A DNA stretch of 64,000 bases, taken from the NCBI GenBank assembly GCA_004764695.1, contig SMSO01000037.1, positions 3,634,747 through 3,698,746 on the forward strand, read 5' to 3'. Within the stretch, counting starts at the first letter, position 1, and each line of letters starts with the position of its first letter. The position numbers and the translations under genes were made by a program. Below the pieces are notes generated by a model that saw nothing but the letters and a program-made list of their open reading frames with translations, ran no database searches and was not told where the DNA came from. The DNA comes from Schizochytrium sp. TIO01. Its lineage: Eukaryota > Protista > Bigyra: Labyrinthulomycetes. Below are positions 47,324 through 58,090 of this stretch, piece after piece.

Positions 47324-48217
47324 ATGATCTTTTTGGAGGCAGGCCACCCTATCATTGAGGATACTCTTCTTGAGAAGCTCAACCCCGAGACGAAGCCCGA
47401 GCCTCTTGACATTACCTGCTCTGACTTCGATGACGTCAGGTACCACATCGTGTCCACTCCGGACGCGAAGGATATTATCTCCTTCCGCCTCTCAATGCCG
47501 TACTGGTCTACGATGGCCAAACTCGGCAGCACCGCCGCTGTTGACTCCATGTACGGTCGCTACAAGTCAAGCACAACTGCTGACGGCTACGACCTTGTTT
47601 TCGATATTGACAAGAACGATGTCGGCGACGATATTGCGGTTGTGGCCAAGAACTTTGGCGAGATCAAGCGTAACATCATGGCCGCACCTTTCCGTCGATG
47701 CTTCGAAGCTCTTGCTGCAGGCCAGTCCAGCAGCATCAAACCCATGGTTATCCCCTTTCGCCCCAAGGAACGCATTGTGCTTGCTCCCGGCAGCGATCGT
47801 GTGATGGTTTTCTTCACCTTTCACTTTGCTGACGTCACTGACCGCGCCCTTGCTCGCGTGTTTTTGCAGGAAATGTCTGAGGCTGGTCGTAAGGTTCCTC
47901 AGGCTCCTGCCGTGACTTTCACGCAGGAGATCCCTGGAGATCTTGCTAAGGTGCGCGATTTCACTGCTGACAGTGATCTTGTTGGATATGTTATGTTTCA
48001 GGTCTTCAAGAGTCATGTTGAGGGTGCTGAGAAGATGGAGAAAATTATCACGCGTTTTCAAGGCTTTCGCGCGTACCTTCACTACCACATTAAGGCATCC
48101 AAGTCGCACTTGCACTCGCGTATGCGCAACCGTGTAGAGCTTTTGCTCAAGGTGCTTAAGCGCGCAGACCCCAACTCGGAAGAGAACACCTCCAAGAAGG
48201 CCTACCGTACTTACTAG
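47324..48217 (+). CDS. ARPC2: Arp2/3 complex 34-kDa subunit
   Basis: MIFLE...DFDDVRYH, D.ALARVFLQE and FRAYLHYHIKASKSHLHSRMRNRV. Confidence 0.93.
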   Translation: MIFLEAGHPIIEDTLLEKLNPETKPEPLDITCSDFDDVRYHIVSTPDAKDIISFRLSMPYWSTMAKLGSTAAVDSMYGRYKSSTTADGYDLVFDIDKNDVGDDIAVVAKNFGEIKRNIMAAPFRRCFEALAAGQSSSIKPMVIPFRPKERIVLAPGSDRVMVFFTFHFADVTDRALARVFLQEMSEAGRKVPQAPAVTFTQEIPGDLAKVRDFTADSDLVGYVMFQVFKSHVEGAEKMEKIITRFQGFRAYLHYHIKASKSHLHSRMRNRVELLLKVLKRADPNSEENTSKKAYRTY

Positions 48218-48958
48218 AAGATTGAACCCCACGATGGATCACTTCTCCATCCAGCATTACATGCGCTGCTTGCAATAAACTCGGCTCTCTCACGCTCGCT
48301 TTCAGACGTTAATACAACAACACCTAATGTGAAAAAGTTTCCAAACCCGTTTTTGTTTCGTACGATCGTTTTTTACTTTACTGTTGCTACCTGAATATAG
48401 TTGTAGTATTTTCTGTTCCTGATCATATCCACTCTTAATGCGGATGTTTCAAACCTAGGATTCAACGATGGTCTGTATGGAAACAGCTTGGTGACACTTG
48501 AAATTCTGGTATTTTTGAGCCAAAGCTCAGCTGACACTCCTTTGAGTTCCCGAAGTTGCCGTCTATCGTTTTTGCGTAGGATAGGATGTAGGTCAACAAT
48601 CTTGTACATTGCAAGAAGTCAATCAGGGAATAGAAACATTGTGAATTTAATATTCTTTTTAGTTTGAAAGCTTTGAAATACCTAAGTAATATTGTGATAA
48701 GTGTTAAAGACAATAGCTGTGTTTCCGTCGCAATGACCTTAAAAGCAATTGCATTTAAAAGTCTTAGTCTTTGTTTAAAATCAATGCCACATCCAAAGAA
48801 GAAACATGGCTCTGCGCATAAACGAATGGCATATAGGAAACATTGGACTGAGTTGGCAAGCAGGTAGCCTTGCAGACCAGCAGACGAGCAAATGAGCAGC
48901 AAGCTGAGTATAGCGATAAATAACAAGCTACACAACAACAAAAAATCGCACCATTGGT

Positions 48959-49870
48959 CTATTGCTTCGGGCGTTTAGCCTGGTAGTTTGAAGCATTTTT
49001 ATCAGGCGATTTCTTGCGCTTCGAAGACTTCTGCTGTTCCTTCGCGCGTTTCTCGTGCTCTGCTTTTTGTTTCTTAAAATTCTCTGCAAATCTATCCCGA
49101 ACTAATTTCATAACTTTGGGTATGTTCTGGGTGGTGCTGAGCGCCGTTTTTGCACGGCTTTGATACATGTCCATGATTAGGTTCACAATGTCACGAATTG
49201 CTTCAAGACGGACATTGAGCCTACTAAACCACGCCTTTGAGTCAGTCCCAGAGTGTACACACGCCATGTAGAGCGCTGCCATGGCGATCAAATATGGCGG
49301 GTACATCAAAATGACGTCCGAGAGATAAGAGTCGTTCAAAATAGTCCAAGCAGCATCTATACAGGCTTTGTTCTCAATTTGAGCATCCTTGATGTATTTA
49401 GTTAGCTCCTGGTACGGGTGGAAAACTACTAGATCGAAGCTGAGCGCTCCGAGGATGTGAAACTCAAAGTCGTGTACATGTTGTTGTCCAAAATGTGGAA
49501 ACTCGTACTTTCTGGCTTCCTGGATTTCATGTACTTTTGAGAGGATAGTTTTCACGGAGTATTGGCCAAGTTCCTCAATTTTTGCTGCAAGGTACAGACA
49601 TGTGATAGCGATGAGCCGCGGGTCGTAGAGTATATTCATTCTTTCTTTAATGAAGAAGCGTTTGTACAGGAGTTTGCTAGAGGCAATAACAGTTTGCCTC
49701 CATTTTAGACTTTCGCCCACGAGATTCATGAGGCGCATCATTTCATCATTCATAATCTGCACTTGTTCCTCATTCAAGAATGGTTTACATTTGGCACGAT
49801 GCTCCTCAAGCTCTTCTGCCGTGAAAAGCCATCTTTTGCAGTGTGAGGACTCCCAGAAGCTGCACGCCAT
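48959..49870 (-). CDS. CCNC: Cyclin C (Mediator kinase module)
   Basis: MACSFWESSH..W, RQTVIAS...YKRF, TCLYLAAKIEE, LVVFHPY, AWTILNDSY and YPPYLIA. Confidence 0.9.
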   Translation of the reverse strand: MACSFWESSHCKRWLFTAEELEEHRAKCKPFLNEEQVQIMNDEMMRLMNLVGESLKWRQTVIASSKLLYKRFFIKERMNILYDPRLIAITCLYLAAKIEELGQYSVKTILSKVHEIQEARKYEFPHFGQQHVHDFEFHILGALSFDLVVFHPYQELTKYIKDAQIENKACIDAAWTILNDSYLSDVILMYPPYLIAMAALYMACVHSGTDSKAWFSRLNVRLEAIRDIVNLIMDMYQSRAKTALSTTQNIPKVMKLVRDRFAENFKKQKAEHEKRAKEQQKSSKRKKSPDKNASNYQAKRPKQ

Positions 49871-50674
49871 TCTCTCTCAAGCCTCTGATGACGCAGCCGC
49901 TGCCACCGCGGTTTAGCTCAGAGAGATCTGAACGTAAGCTTGAACCACCCCGTTGTCACAAGGGGACTTCCGACGTATGTGGCAGTCACCGTGGGCACTG
50001 CGCAATCAAAGGGCACGCTCCACGCGAGGACCTGATCGATTGCTTTGGCGCGAAGGTCGCTCGCTCTTTCATGATTAAACCCGTATTTACATTTTCTCCA
50101 CACTTTGTTGTATTCCCTAATTACCTCTATTCCTAAGTATGATCAGATGATGAGGTGGTACTAAGGCTCAAACAGAGGGAATACATGCATGAAACTTGTA
50201 TTATGGAATGACCGAGGGAGAAAGCAGAATAGGTGGAATGAGTGATTGAAAAAACAGGAGTGAAATTTTGAAACAACCGACAAAGACAATCTGCAAAAGC
50301 TGTTGGGAACTCCAAGTTATTTCAATGTGACAAGAGCAAAGTAGTGATTTACTAGATATCAGCAGCATGTCTTCTTACACATCGACTGCAATCAATTGAT
50401 ATAATTGTAGTCTGCAGCATTAATTTGTAGCTTTACAGCCTAATTGTTTTTTCTTGTTTTTATGTTGTCATCATTAATGAAATATAAATAATGGTGATAG
50501 AAGAACACTTATTGATGATCGATCAATCGTGAATGTTATTTTGCTCCACAAAGGGAGACCCAAAGCCTAAGCTCAAATCTTATATAAATCGCAGACCTCC
50601 GCTTCTCAAACTTTCATAAGGTATCTTGAAGCTAGGTTAGCTGCTTTGACCGCCGGCTAGTGTCTGACGCAACC

Positions 50675-50844
50675 ATGGGCGACCAGGAGAGCCAAAACTG
50701 GCGCCAGGCCGCAGGCACAGGAGTACCAAGGCGCGGACCAGGCGAAGCAGCAACCGCAGCAGCAGCAACAGCAGCAACAGCTCACGATTCTGGACAACCC
50801 AAACCTACGGGAATTGCGGCTCTAGCTGCGAGAGTTAAGAATCA

Positions 50845-50875
<31 letters not shown>

Positions 50876-52879
50876 TATTTTCACCATCGTCAAAACCACC
50901 AAGAACAAGAGCCGCCAAATTATTATCAAGCAAAACATGTTCAGCAGCACTCACAGCGGCAGTACCAATCATCAAGACAACAGAATGGTGCAAATGCAGC
51001 ACATACAAATGGTAGCTCTCAAAAGAAAGTTTCATTAGCACCAACGAATCCGTGGAAAATACTGCAACCGCCTCGAAACCAAGACGCCAATATTGACAAG
51101 TCAGATAGTTCAATGTCGAAGTCTCCTACACAGCCTTTGGGACAGGATATATCCAAGGAGGCTCATCAAAAAGACCTTGATGAATCAGTATTTGCAAGCA
51201 ACACAACTACGACCTCTGCGTCAGATCAGGATCACAAACCGAAACAAGGAAAACGTCAAGGCCAGCAGAAACAGCAACAAGCTGGTGGGAAGCCCAACAA
51301 ATCTCCAAGTGCACCAAGCAACCAACAGCACCAGACTAATGGGCGCCGTAGAAACAATAAAAAGGGCCCTCGTGAGCCCCAGCGTCCAATGGTCATTCTC
51401 CCCGCAGGAGTGGATATGATGAATAAACCTGTGGCAATTTTAGGTGCGAAGCGAATCGACACTTCTGCGATAGCTATTGCAGGTAAGGGAAAAGAATTGT
51501 CCCCGGGGAACTCAGCTTCTCGCTCTGGAGCTGGAAAGAAGCAGTCTAAATCACCAGCCTCTGGAAAACAACAGGATGGAAATAGTGCAGGCTCCAAATC
51601 ACCTTCTGCCCGAGCACCTCTAGCGTCTCCAAGCAAACCCCCTACCCCTAAAGAGAAATCACGTTGGGCACACGAACTAGTAGATGCAAGATTTGGATTC
51701 GCAGCCTCATCTGCTTCTTTGCCAAGTCATTTATGGCATGCCTCAAATAATAAATACCGCGTTGTTGGTGTGTTGGGCACACAAAGCAGTGGGAAAAGCG
51801 CTCTTCTGAACGCATTGGCGACGTCAAGCCTAACATCTAACCCTGCACAAAATGAAGTTCCTTTTGTGGAGAAGGATTTCGAAGATAGACATGGAATTCT
51901 TCATCAAACAAGGGGCATTCAGTCCTCCTTTTGCACTATTGGTGGAGAACGAGTGCTGCTGTTAGATACCCAGCCGGTTTTAAGTCCGTCAATTTTATAC
52001 GACCTCATTGAGCGTCAAGCGAATCTAAACCTGTGCAGTTCGCATGCTTCACTAGCGACCTTACACGACCTTCAGCTTGCGGTATTCTTGCTCTCCGTGT
52101 GTGATGCAGTGTTGGTCGTTGAGGATGACAATGTGCGGGCTCGGGGTCTATGGAAACTCTTACGTTTTGCTTATCTTTCTAAGACTGGCGATGCTATCAA
52201 AGATAAGGTTGCAGATCTAGTTTTAGTGCGAAACTTTATGAGCACCGCAAGGCTTGAATGCGCCGAGACTCTTGGCAAAGAGCAAGATGCCTGGATCAGC
52301 TTTTTCACTGATCTGATCCCATATGCTGCAAGTCATCCAAAACTCTATTTTTGCCCTCTAGGGTTATATGGAAAGTCCATTGATTCCACCGCCTCAGAAG
52401 TAGACTTTATAAAGCACGTTCTTATGTACGAAGTATTTGATGCTGACGGTTCAGCCTCCACCGGGAGAGCTGGGGCATGGTTAGATCATTCTCGAGCAAC
52501 TGATAGCGCATGGTGGCCATCTGTGGCGCTCCCAGACGACTATAACACAGATGGTCATGACTCAATGACCGAGGAGGAAAGCGATTCTGATAGTGATACT
52601 GATGATGGCATTGAAAATGATTCTGGCTGCAACGCCGTTTGCCCGAGTGCAGGAGATTCTTTCGCACATTTGCATACGCTGCTTGCCTACCGTCGAGCTC
52701 ACCCAATTTTTAAGCTGATAGCGTCTTTGAATGCATCAGCACGATCTACATGTACCGATCGCATTAGTGAATCTGACTGGGTTGACCTTGCTAGTCGGCT
52801 TTGGATGCGAGAAATCCCGCATTCAATCCCGCTGCGAGAGTTTGCAGTTGTTTGTGACGGCTTGCTGCTCTCGACGTAA
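50675..52879 (+). CDS. SMG9: Nonsense-mediated decay factor SMG9 (P-loop G-domain) with Gln-rich disordered N-terminus
   Basis: VVGVLGTQSSGKS, HQTRGI, ERVLLLDTQPVLSPSIL and LQLAVFLLSVC. First ATG at 50675. Confidence 0.85.
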
Positions 52880-53335
52880 GCTGATCTCCCCCAATCCCAA
52901 TCCATTTGTCTTCTTCTCTCCAATTTTATATTCATTTGATTCTACTAGCCATCTGTCTGTATTAAGCATTGGATAAGGAAAAGGTGCCTACGCATAATTT
53001 TTACAAGGGTTTCACTTAGTATTTTCGAAATACTTGAATTTTGACCTAGCAATTCAAAGCACCAAGGCATATATTTCTTGTGGCGCAACCTGATATTCTG
53101 GAGACGCAGCACGAGTGAAAAAATAGGAAATGTAAAAGGATGATAATGATATGATGTTCTTATTCTGTTATTTAATAATTGGGGTTGTGTACAACAAACT
53201 CTTTTCGCACTAGTTCGCGATGCATTTGAATTCCAGAAATCATTCAGATCACCATAGTTTCACTAATGGATACAATACAGCTATGTTTACCATAACCTCT
53301 ACGGATCTGAAGAACTCGACTTCGATCTTACTTGG

Positions 53336-56300
53336 CTAAAGAGCCACCTCGGGGGAAGGATAGATGCCGTAAGCCCGAACACGGTTGATGCCTCCATCGG
53401 GAAAAACCTTCAGACGAAGCTGAGAGACTTCTGGACACGCATCACTGATCTGAAAAACTTTGGCATTGCCAGCGTATGCTTTTACAGGAGTAAGTGCAGC
53501 CATTTCAACCCATTTGCCAGACTTTGACAGGCCCTCCATGGAGATCTCTCTTGGATTGTTATTAACAAAAAAGGTGAAGTCCAGTTCAACGCGCTGCAGC
53601 TTCACAGGCACAGAGAGTTGAATCACTAATTCCTCGTGATGGTTCGGCTCGCGGGAGCGTGCACATTCAAAGCCATCATGCATGGACAAAGGAATAAAAG
53701 GAGAGAGAACTTGGGCAGCTGGGCCATAATGCTGGTTTGTAACGGAAACTAGCTTGCCACCAAATGCAAGACTTGCAGCATCAAACTCTTTTCCTACTAC
53801 AAGAGTAGACAAGTTATGCGCAACCTCCTCAGGTGTTGGCTCATAAAGAAGTTGAAGAGGTTTTTTGGTACTGGGAATTGCATCACTATAGCGAGTGCAC
53901 TTTGAATCCTCTACAGGCACAAAAGTGTCAGTCAAAGATGAGAGCAGAGAGTCTTCTTCGAAGAGTCCCACACGAGAGAGACCCCCATCAGGAAATATGT
54001 CCACTTGAACTTTATCTACCAAAATGGCAGATTGGTAGTCTGGAACCAAAACACGCTTTTCAGCATGACCATCAAGGTGGGTCTTGGGTACTAAAACGAT
54101 CCAGTCATCAGAGTCTTTGCATTTTCCAGAGATTCGCACGTACTCAGCCTGGTTGCCCAAGTGATACTTAGTCGAGATACTAATGTAACGAATACGGCCA
54201 GGACGAGCGAGCGCAAAAATCGCAAAGTCATACTCTTCTGGGTTGTGACGAGCTGTCTCCCAGCTGTCCATAACTTTACCCATAGGGCAAAATAACTCAG
54301 GATCAAATTTGGGTAAGTGATCAGACCCAAGTTGGCACGCTCGCGCGAAGCGCTGGTTAGAGACGCGCTCGACAGTCGAACCAACCAGCAGGTTCGCTGT
54401 TGCTAAAGGGTCCACAGGTCCTTGATCAATGATTTCAGATGGGAGAGTTGGTTCGAACGCCACAAAAACAAGATTCTTGTAGCCAAAGTTAACAATTTCC
54501 TCCTGAGGAATCTGATTGATGTCAACGCTGGAGGTAGGAAACTTCGAGACATCAACACCCTTGAGGTTCATCAGACGGAGAATCGCCTGGCAAGACTCAG
54601 CAATAAAAAACATCGCCCGATTGTCACCATTGGCAAACGCAGTAATACCCTCCCCAGCGTTTGGCCCATCGAAACAATGAATGTAGATGGCACGGTAACC
54701 ATCGTTTGCACCTTGGTGAATCGCAAAGCGGTTAGGGCCTGCCTCACCTACAAAGACGCCAAGTCCCATCAAAACACCCATAAAGTCACGGCACCCTTTA
54801 TCAGTACCATGAAGCATTTTGATAGCGGTATCATGGGAGATTGGACCACAACCTTCCTTGTTGCGGTATGCTTGTCCAAGCTGGTCAAGGAATCGCGTCA
54901 TACCACGCGGGGTACCCAGCGCGCCTGCAGCAAAGGCAGGAAACATCTTTCGAGTTGCCTTAATTGTGCAGCCAATATCATCATAGCCGCATGCAACGTC
55001 ACTGTTCTCGGGTTTGTAAGCAAAGGTAATATCATGTTCGATACCAAGAGCTTGGAGGAAAGGCCTGGTCAATTCGTCAATCGATTTGTCACCACCTTCA
55101 AGCTGCTCAATCAAATGTTGAAGGACAAGAAACCCACCACCGCTGTATTGAAATAAACTTCCAGGCTTACCAACAACATCAATAGGTGGGTATCCATACC
55201 TTTCATTGCCTTCAAGAAAGTCCCGAGTGTCGGGCATTGTTTCATCAAGGGGAACTCCGTTGACGTAATGCATGTTGAGGGCGCTGTGACTCATAAGATG
55301 CCATAGAAGAACCTTGTCACCGTATTTACTGTGACGAATACGAAACGTCGAGGTTGTTTTCTCCAGCAGATCATTGACAGGAGTGTTCAAAGAGATATTG
55401 CGTTCACCAAAGTACTCGATTGCAAACGCAGATCCGATGGTTTTGGAGAGTGAAGCAATTTCAAACATGGTATCTGGCTTGACCGCGGCCTTCATACGGT
55501 GGGCATCCCCGAAGCACACGGGTTGGCCATTAAGGCAAAAGCTAGCGCCAGCAACCTCGTGCTTCTTGCGCAATGACTCAATAGTCTCCAGTAAGTCATC
55601 AGTGGGCTCATCGATGAGACGTTTCATTGTGATTTGCCACAACGCTTCACGTGCATTCTCAAGTTCTTGTTCTGCAGAATTGTTAATTCTATTTTCAAGG
55701 ACGTCGAGAAGTTCTTGGGCTGACTTGCCCTTGGCCGAAACAAGAAACTTGACACCGAACTTTGCAATGTACTCAGCCCCTAATTCACAAAGTCGAAGCC
55801 GAGCATTTTCAGCGTTATCATCCACCGAAGCGAAAACCTTAGCCTGTTCAGCACTTGCAAGCTTGTCGAGCTTACCTGCACCTTGACCAATGTCACCATG
55901 GAACCCAGCAGACTCGATAACTTCTTCTAGGTTGAAACTGCGAATAACTCGTTCTGCTAGTTCCATGTCTGTGGCTACCGTTTTTGCCATGGTTCGCGCA
56001 AATCTCATGGCACCACAACGCTCAAAGAAGTAATGAAATCGCTTTGCATAGGGGTCCTGCATTGCGTATTTTACTGCATCGAATGCGGCCGCAGCCTCCC
56101 ATGGATTTTCACTTGTGCGAATACGATCCACAGTGAATGGATACAACAGTTCAGTCACGAACTCCACTGGTTTGGCGTCACAGACAAACTTGAGAAGGAG
56201 CTCCATAGCGACTGGATACCACTTTGCAGTTTTAGGAGACCACTCTACGTGCACAAGCTTACCTTCGCGCACTTTTCCACGACGGATAGCATTGAGCTCT

Positions 56301-58090
56301 TCATGCGCAATGCGAAGAAAATCCTCTATCGGGAAGCGGCCATGGTGGATCTCAGCCCAGAGCTCCCAACGAGAGCGTTCAATGGTTGCCAAGTCATCAA
56401 GGACCAAAACTTGAACATTGTCCACCCGAGCTGGAAGTCCAACGCAGCCGTTGCCTGCTAGCCAGTCAGCGAGATATTGGAGGGACTGGAAAATGTTATA
56501 TCGGATTTCTTCGGGATCATTGTTTGCAACTTGTGCTGACTCGGCAACGTTAGCAACCACAAGTGAGCGAGCAAAGTTTGGTGCACCAACCTCAACAGGC
56601 CCAGCAGGATCTTGACCTTGAGCAAATGCAAGGATTTCTTCTTGATGAATTTTATCAAGAAGAGTCTCTTTGACGAGCTGTTCAAATGCAGGCATGTCTT
56701 TGTCCCATGTAAGCGCAATGGCAGTGGCCACACGAACATAGCGAGGGTCTGCAAGCCAGAAGCCAGTAAGACCTCTGCGAAGTTGTGTGACAATATCTTT
56801 GAAAAGACCACGCAGAGCAATCTGCAATGAAGCATCTTTTGTGTCCCACGACAAAGGCAAAACACCATACATACCTCCAATAGGCAAGCCTCCACGTCCT
56901 CCAATGACACGAGAAACCAATTCATGGGAAGCCTTGACATGTTTAAGTACAATAGTTGTATCGGCTTTAACCGGAATTCGAAAGTTCGGATCTTCCTTAT
57001 ATAATCGTGCTGTTGCTGCCAGGTAGTCATGCCAGCCCAATGAAGCGCCAGCAAAGTAAGGATGTAAGGCGTCGGCAATCTCATTGGCGCGAAAGATTGC
57101 ACGCGGGTTCTCGAGTACAACTAAAACTCGAACAGTGCCAATCACATATGCTGTATGGATGGCTTTGATTTCGCGCTCAACAGTTTGAATAAGATGTGCA
57201 AGATAGGCAGCCTCTTCTTCGTTTTCAAGTTTCGGCATGTAAAAAACTAAAGCTTCTGGTTTGTCCCAGTGTTCAAGGATATGGAGGGCGAGCTCGAGGA
57301 TGTGGAAAGGTACAGGCTCGCTGTTCGCCTGAAAGACGTACGTACAGGGTAGAGCCAAACCCGGGAGACGCTTGAAAGCTTGAGAGAGAGATGCAGGAGA
57401 GCTAGAGCCCTGGGTCATTTCAGGTTTGCGTTGAAAACATGCTGAGAGGTTAGCGTTGGCAGTTTCGGTCGTATCACGCAAAGGTGTTTGAGAATCTTCA
57501 AAGTCAACACCCCATCGAGGAGGTTTATCTGTGGTAGCCAAAATCTTCTCAACGCAAGCCGGTTCACTTGCAAGGCGAGCGTCATGCGCACAGAGTGCCT
57601 TCTGGCATCCCTCTGCGCTGTCCGCCAGGCCAAAAACTGTAACGTGTTCACCTTTAAGAAATTCCGGTAAAGCTTCGATTTGCTTGCCGGAAGGCTGTGC
57701 AAAGTTGTCGGTAATTGGGCCTATTACCACACGGCCATCAGCATCTCGCTGGCCAAAGATGGTGCCATAGGACTCGTCATTTAGCTTGCGGCCTAGTTTC
57801 GCATTGAGGCCTGCGCAAGCTCGCATGCGCTGGTCAATGAATGCTCTATCTTTTTTGCGTTGCGCAAGGACTTTGGCTAGTTCTTTACGCATCTCGCGAC
57901 AGACTTTTGCCACAAGGCCAGATCCTTGACCAAGGAGTCTCTGCGGGACTGGTTCAGAGACTAAAAGATGTTCATTTGAAACGTGCGCCATCGCATCATC
58001 GCCATCTTCATCTTGGCAGATCTTGCGAGCATCTGACGCAAGGCGCTTTGCAAGCTCCTTCGGGATTGTTTCTTCAAAAAGCATTGTCAT
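53336..58090 (-). CDS. Four-domain purine-catabolism fusion: malate synthase-like + OHCU decarboxylase + beta-lactamase-family serine hydrolase + allantoicase (1584 aa)
   Basis: aa ~50-655: DFEDS, KRLPGL, FYMPKLENEEEA, VVLEN, LGWHDY, GGMYG, WLAGNGCV, DDLATIERSRWELW. aa ~683-826: HGDIG, SAEQ, YIAKFGVKFLVSAKGK, RINNSAEQE, ITMKRL. aa ~832-1175: FEIASLSK, LMSHS, PGSLFQYSGGG, HQGAND. aa ~1232-1576: two allantoicase repeats (MDSWETAR..FPDGGLSRV and DGFECARSR..FPDGGINRVRAYG). Confidence 0.9.
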   Translation of the reverse strand: MTMLFEETIPKELAKRLASDARKICQDEDGDDAMAHVSNEHLLVSEPVPQRLLGQGSGLVAKVCREMRKELAKVLAQRKKDRAFIDQRMRACAGLNAKLGRKLNDESYGTIFGQRDADGRVVIGPITDNFAQPSGKQIEALPEFLKGEHVTVFGLADSAEGCQKALCAHDARLASEPACVEKILATTDKPPRWGVDFEDSQTPLRDTTETANANLSACFQRKPEMTQGSSSPASLSQAFKRLPGLALPCTYVFQANSEPVPFHILELALHILEHWDKPEALVFYMPKLENEEEAAYLAHLIQTVEREIKAIHTAYVIGTVRVLVVLENPRAIFRANEIADALHPYFAGASLGWHDYLAATARLYKEDPNFRIPVKADTTIVLKHVKASHELVSRVIGGRGGLPIGGMYGVLPLSWDTKDASLQIALRGLFKDIVTQLRRGLTGFWLADPRYVRVATAIALTWDKDMPAFEQLVKETLLDKIHQEEILAFAQGQDPAGPVEVGAPNFARSLVVANVAESAQVANNDPEEIRYNIFQSLQYLADWLAGNGCVGLPARVDNVQVLVLDDLATIERSRWELWAEIHHGRFPIEDFLRIAHEELNAIRRGKVREGKLVHVEWSPKTAKWYPVAMELLLKFVCDAKPVEFVTELLYPFTVDRIRTSENPWEAAAAFDAVKYAMQDPYAKRFHYFFERCGAMRFARTMAKTVATDMELAERVIRSFNLEEVIESAGFHGDIGQGAGKLDKLASAEQAKVFASVDDNAENARLRLCELGAEYIAKFGVKFLVSAKGKSAQELLDVLENRINNSAEQELENAREALWQITMKRLIDEPTDDLLETIESLRKKHEVAGASFCLNGQPVCFGDAHRMKAAVKPDTMFEIASLSKTIGSAFAIEYFGERNISLNTPVNDLLEKTTSTFRIRHSKYGDKVLLWHLMSHSALNMHYVNGVPLDETMPDTRDFLEGNERYGYPPIDVVGKPGSLFQYSGGGFLVLQHLIEQLEGGDKSIDELTRPFLQALGIEHDITFAYKPENSDVACGYDDIGCTIKATRKMFPAFAAGALGTPRGMTRFLDQLGQAYRNKEGCGPISHDTAIKMLHGTDKGCRDFMGVLMGLGVFVGEAGPNRFAIHQGANDGYRAIYIHCFDGPNAGEGITAFANGDNRAMFFIAESCQAILRLMNLKGVDVSKFPTSSVDINQIPQEEIVNFGYKNLVFVAFEPTLPSEIIDQGPVDPLATANLLVGSTVERVSNQRFARACQLGSDHLPKFDPELFCPMGKVMDSWETARHNPEEYDFAIFALARPGRIRYISISTKYHLGNQAEYVRISGKCKDSDDWIVLVPKTHLDGHAEKRVLVPDYQSAILVDKVQVDIFPDGGLSRVGLFEEDSLLSSLTDTFVPVEDSKCTRYSDAIPSTKKPLQLLYEPTPEEVAHNLSTLVVGKEFDAASLAFGGKLVSVTNQHYGPAAQVLSPFIPLSMHDGFECARSREPNHHEELVIQLSVPVKLQRVELDFTFFVNNNPREISMEGLSKSGKWVEMAALTPVKAYAGNAKVFQISDACPEVSQLRLKVFPDGGINRVRAYGIYPSPEVAL

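Noticed and set aside
54570-55600. Antibiotic-resistance beta-lactamase
   Set aside because: It has no signal peptide, is embedded in a metabolic fusion, and has YSG/HQG motifs of the broad esterase/amidase branch rather than the YxN/KTG of class C enzymes.
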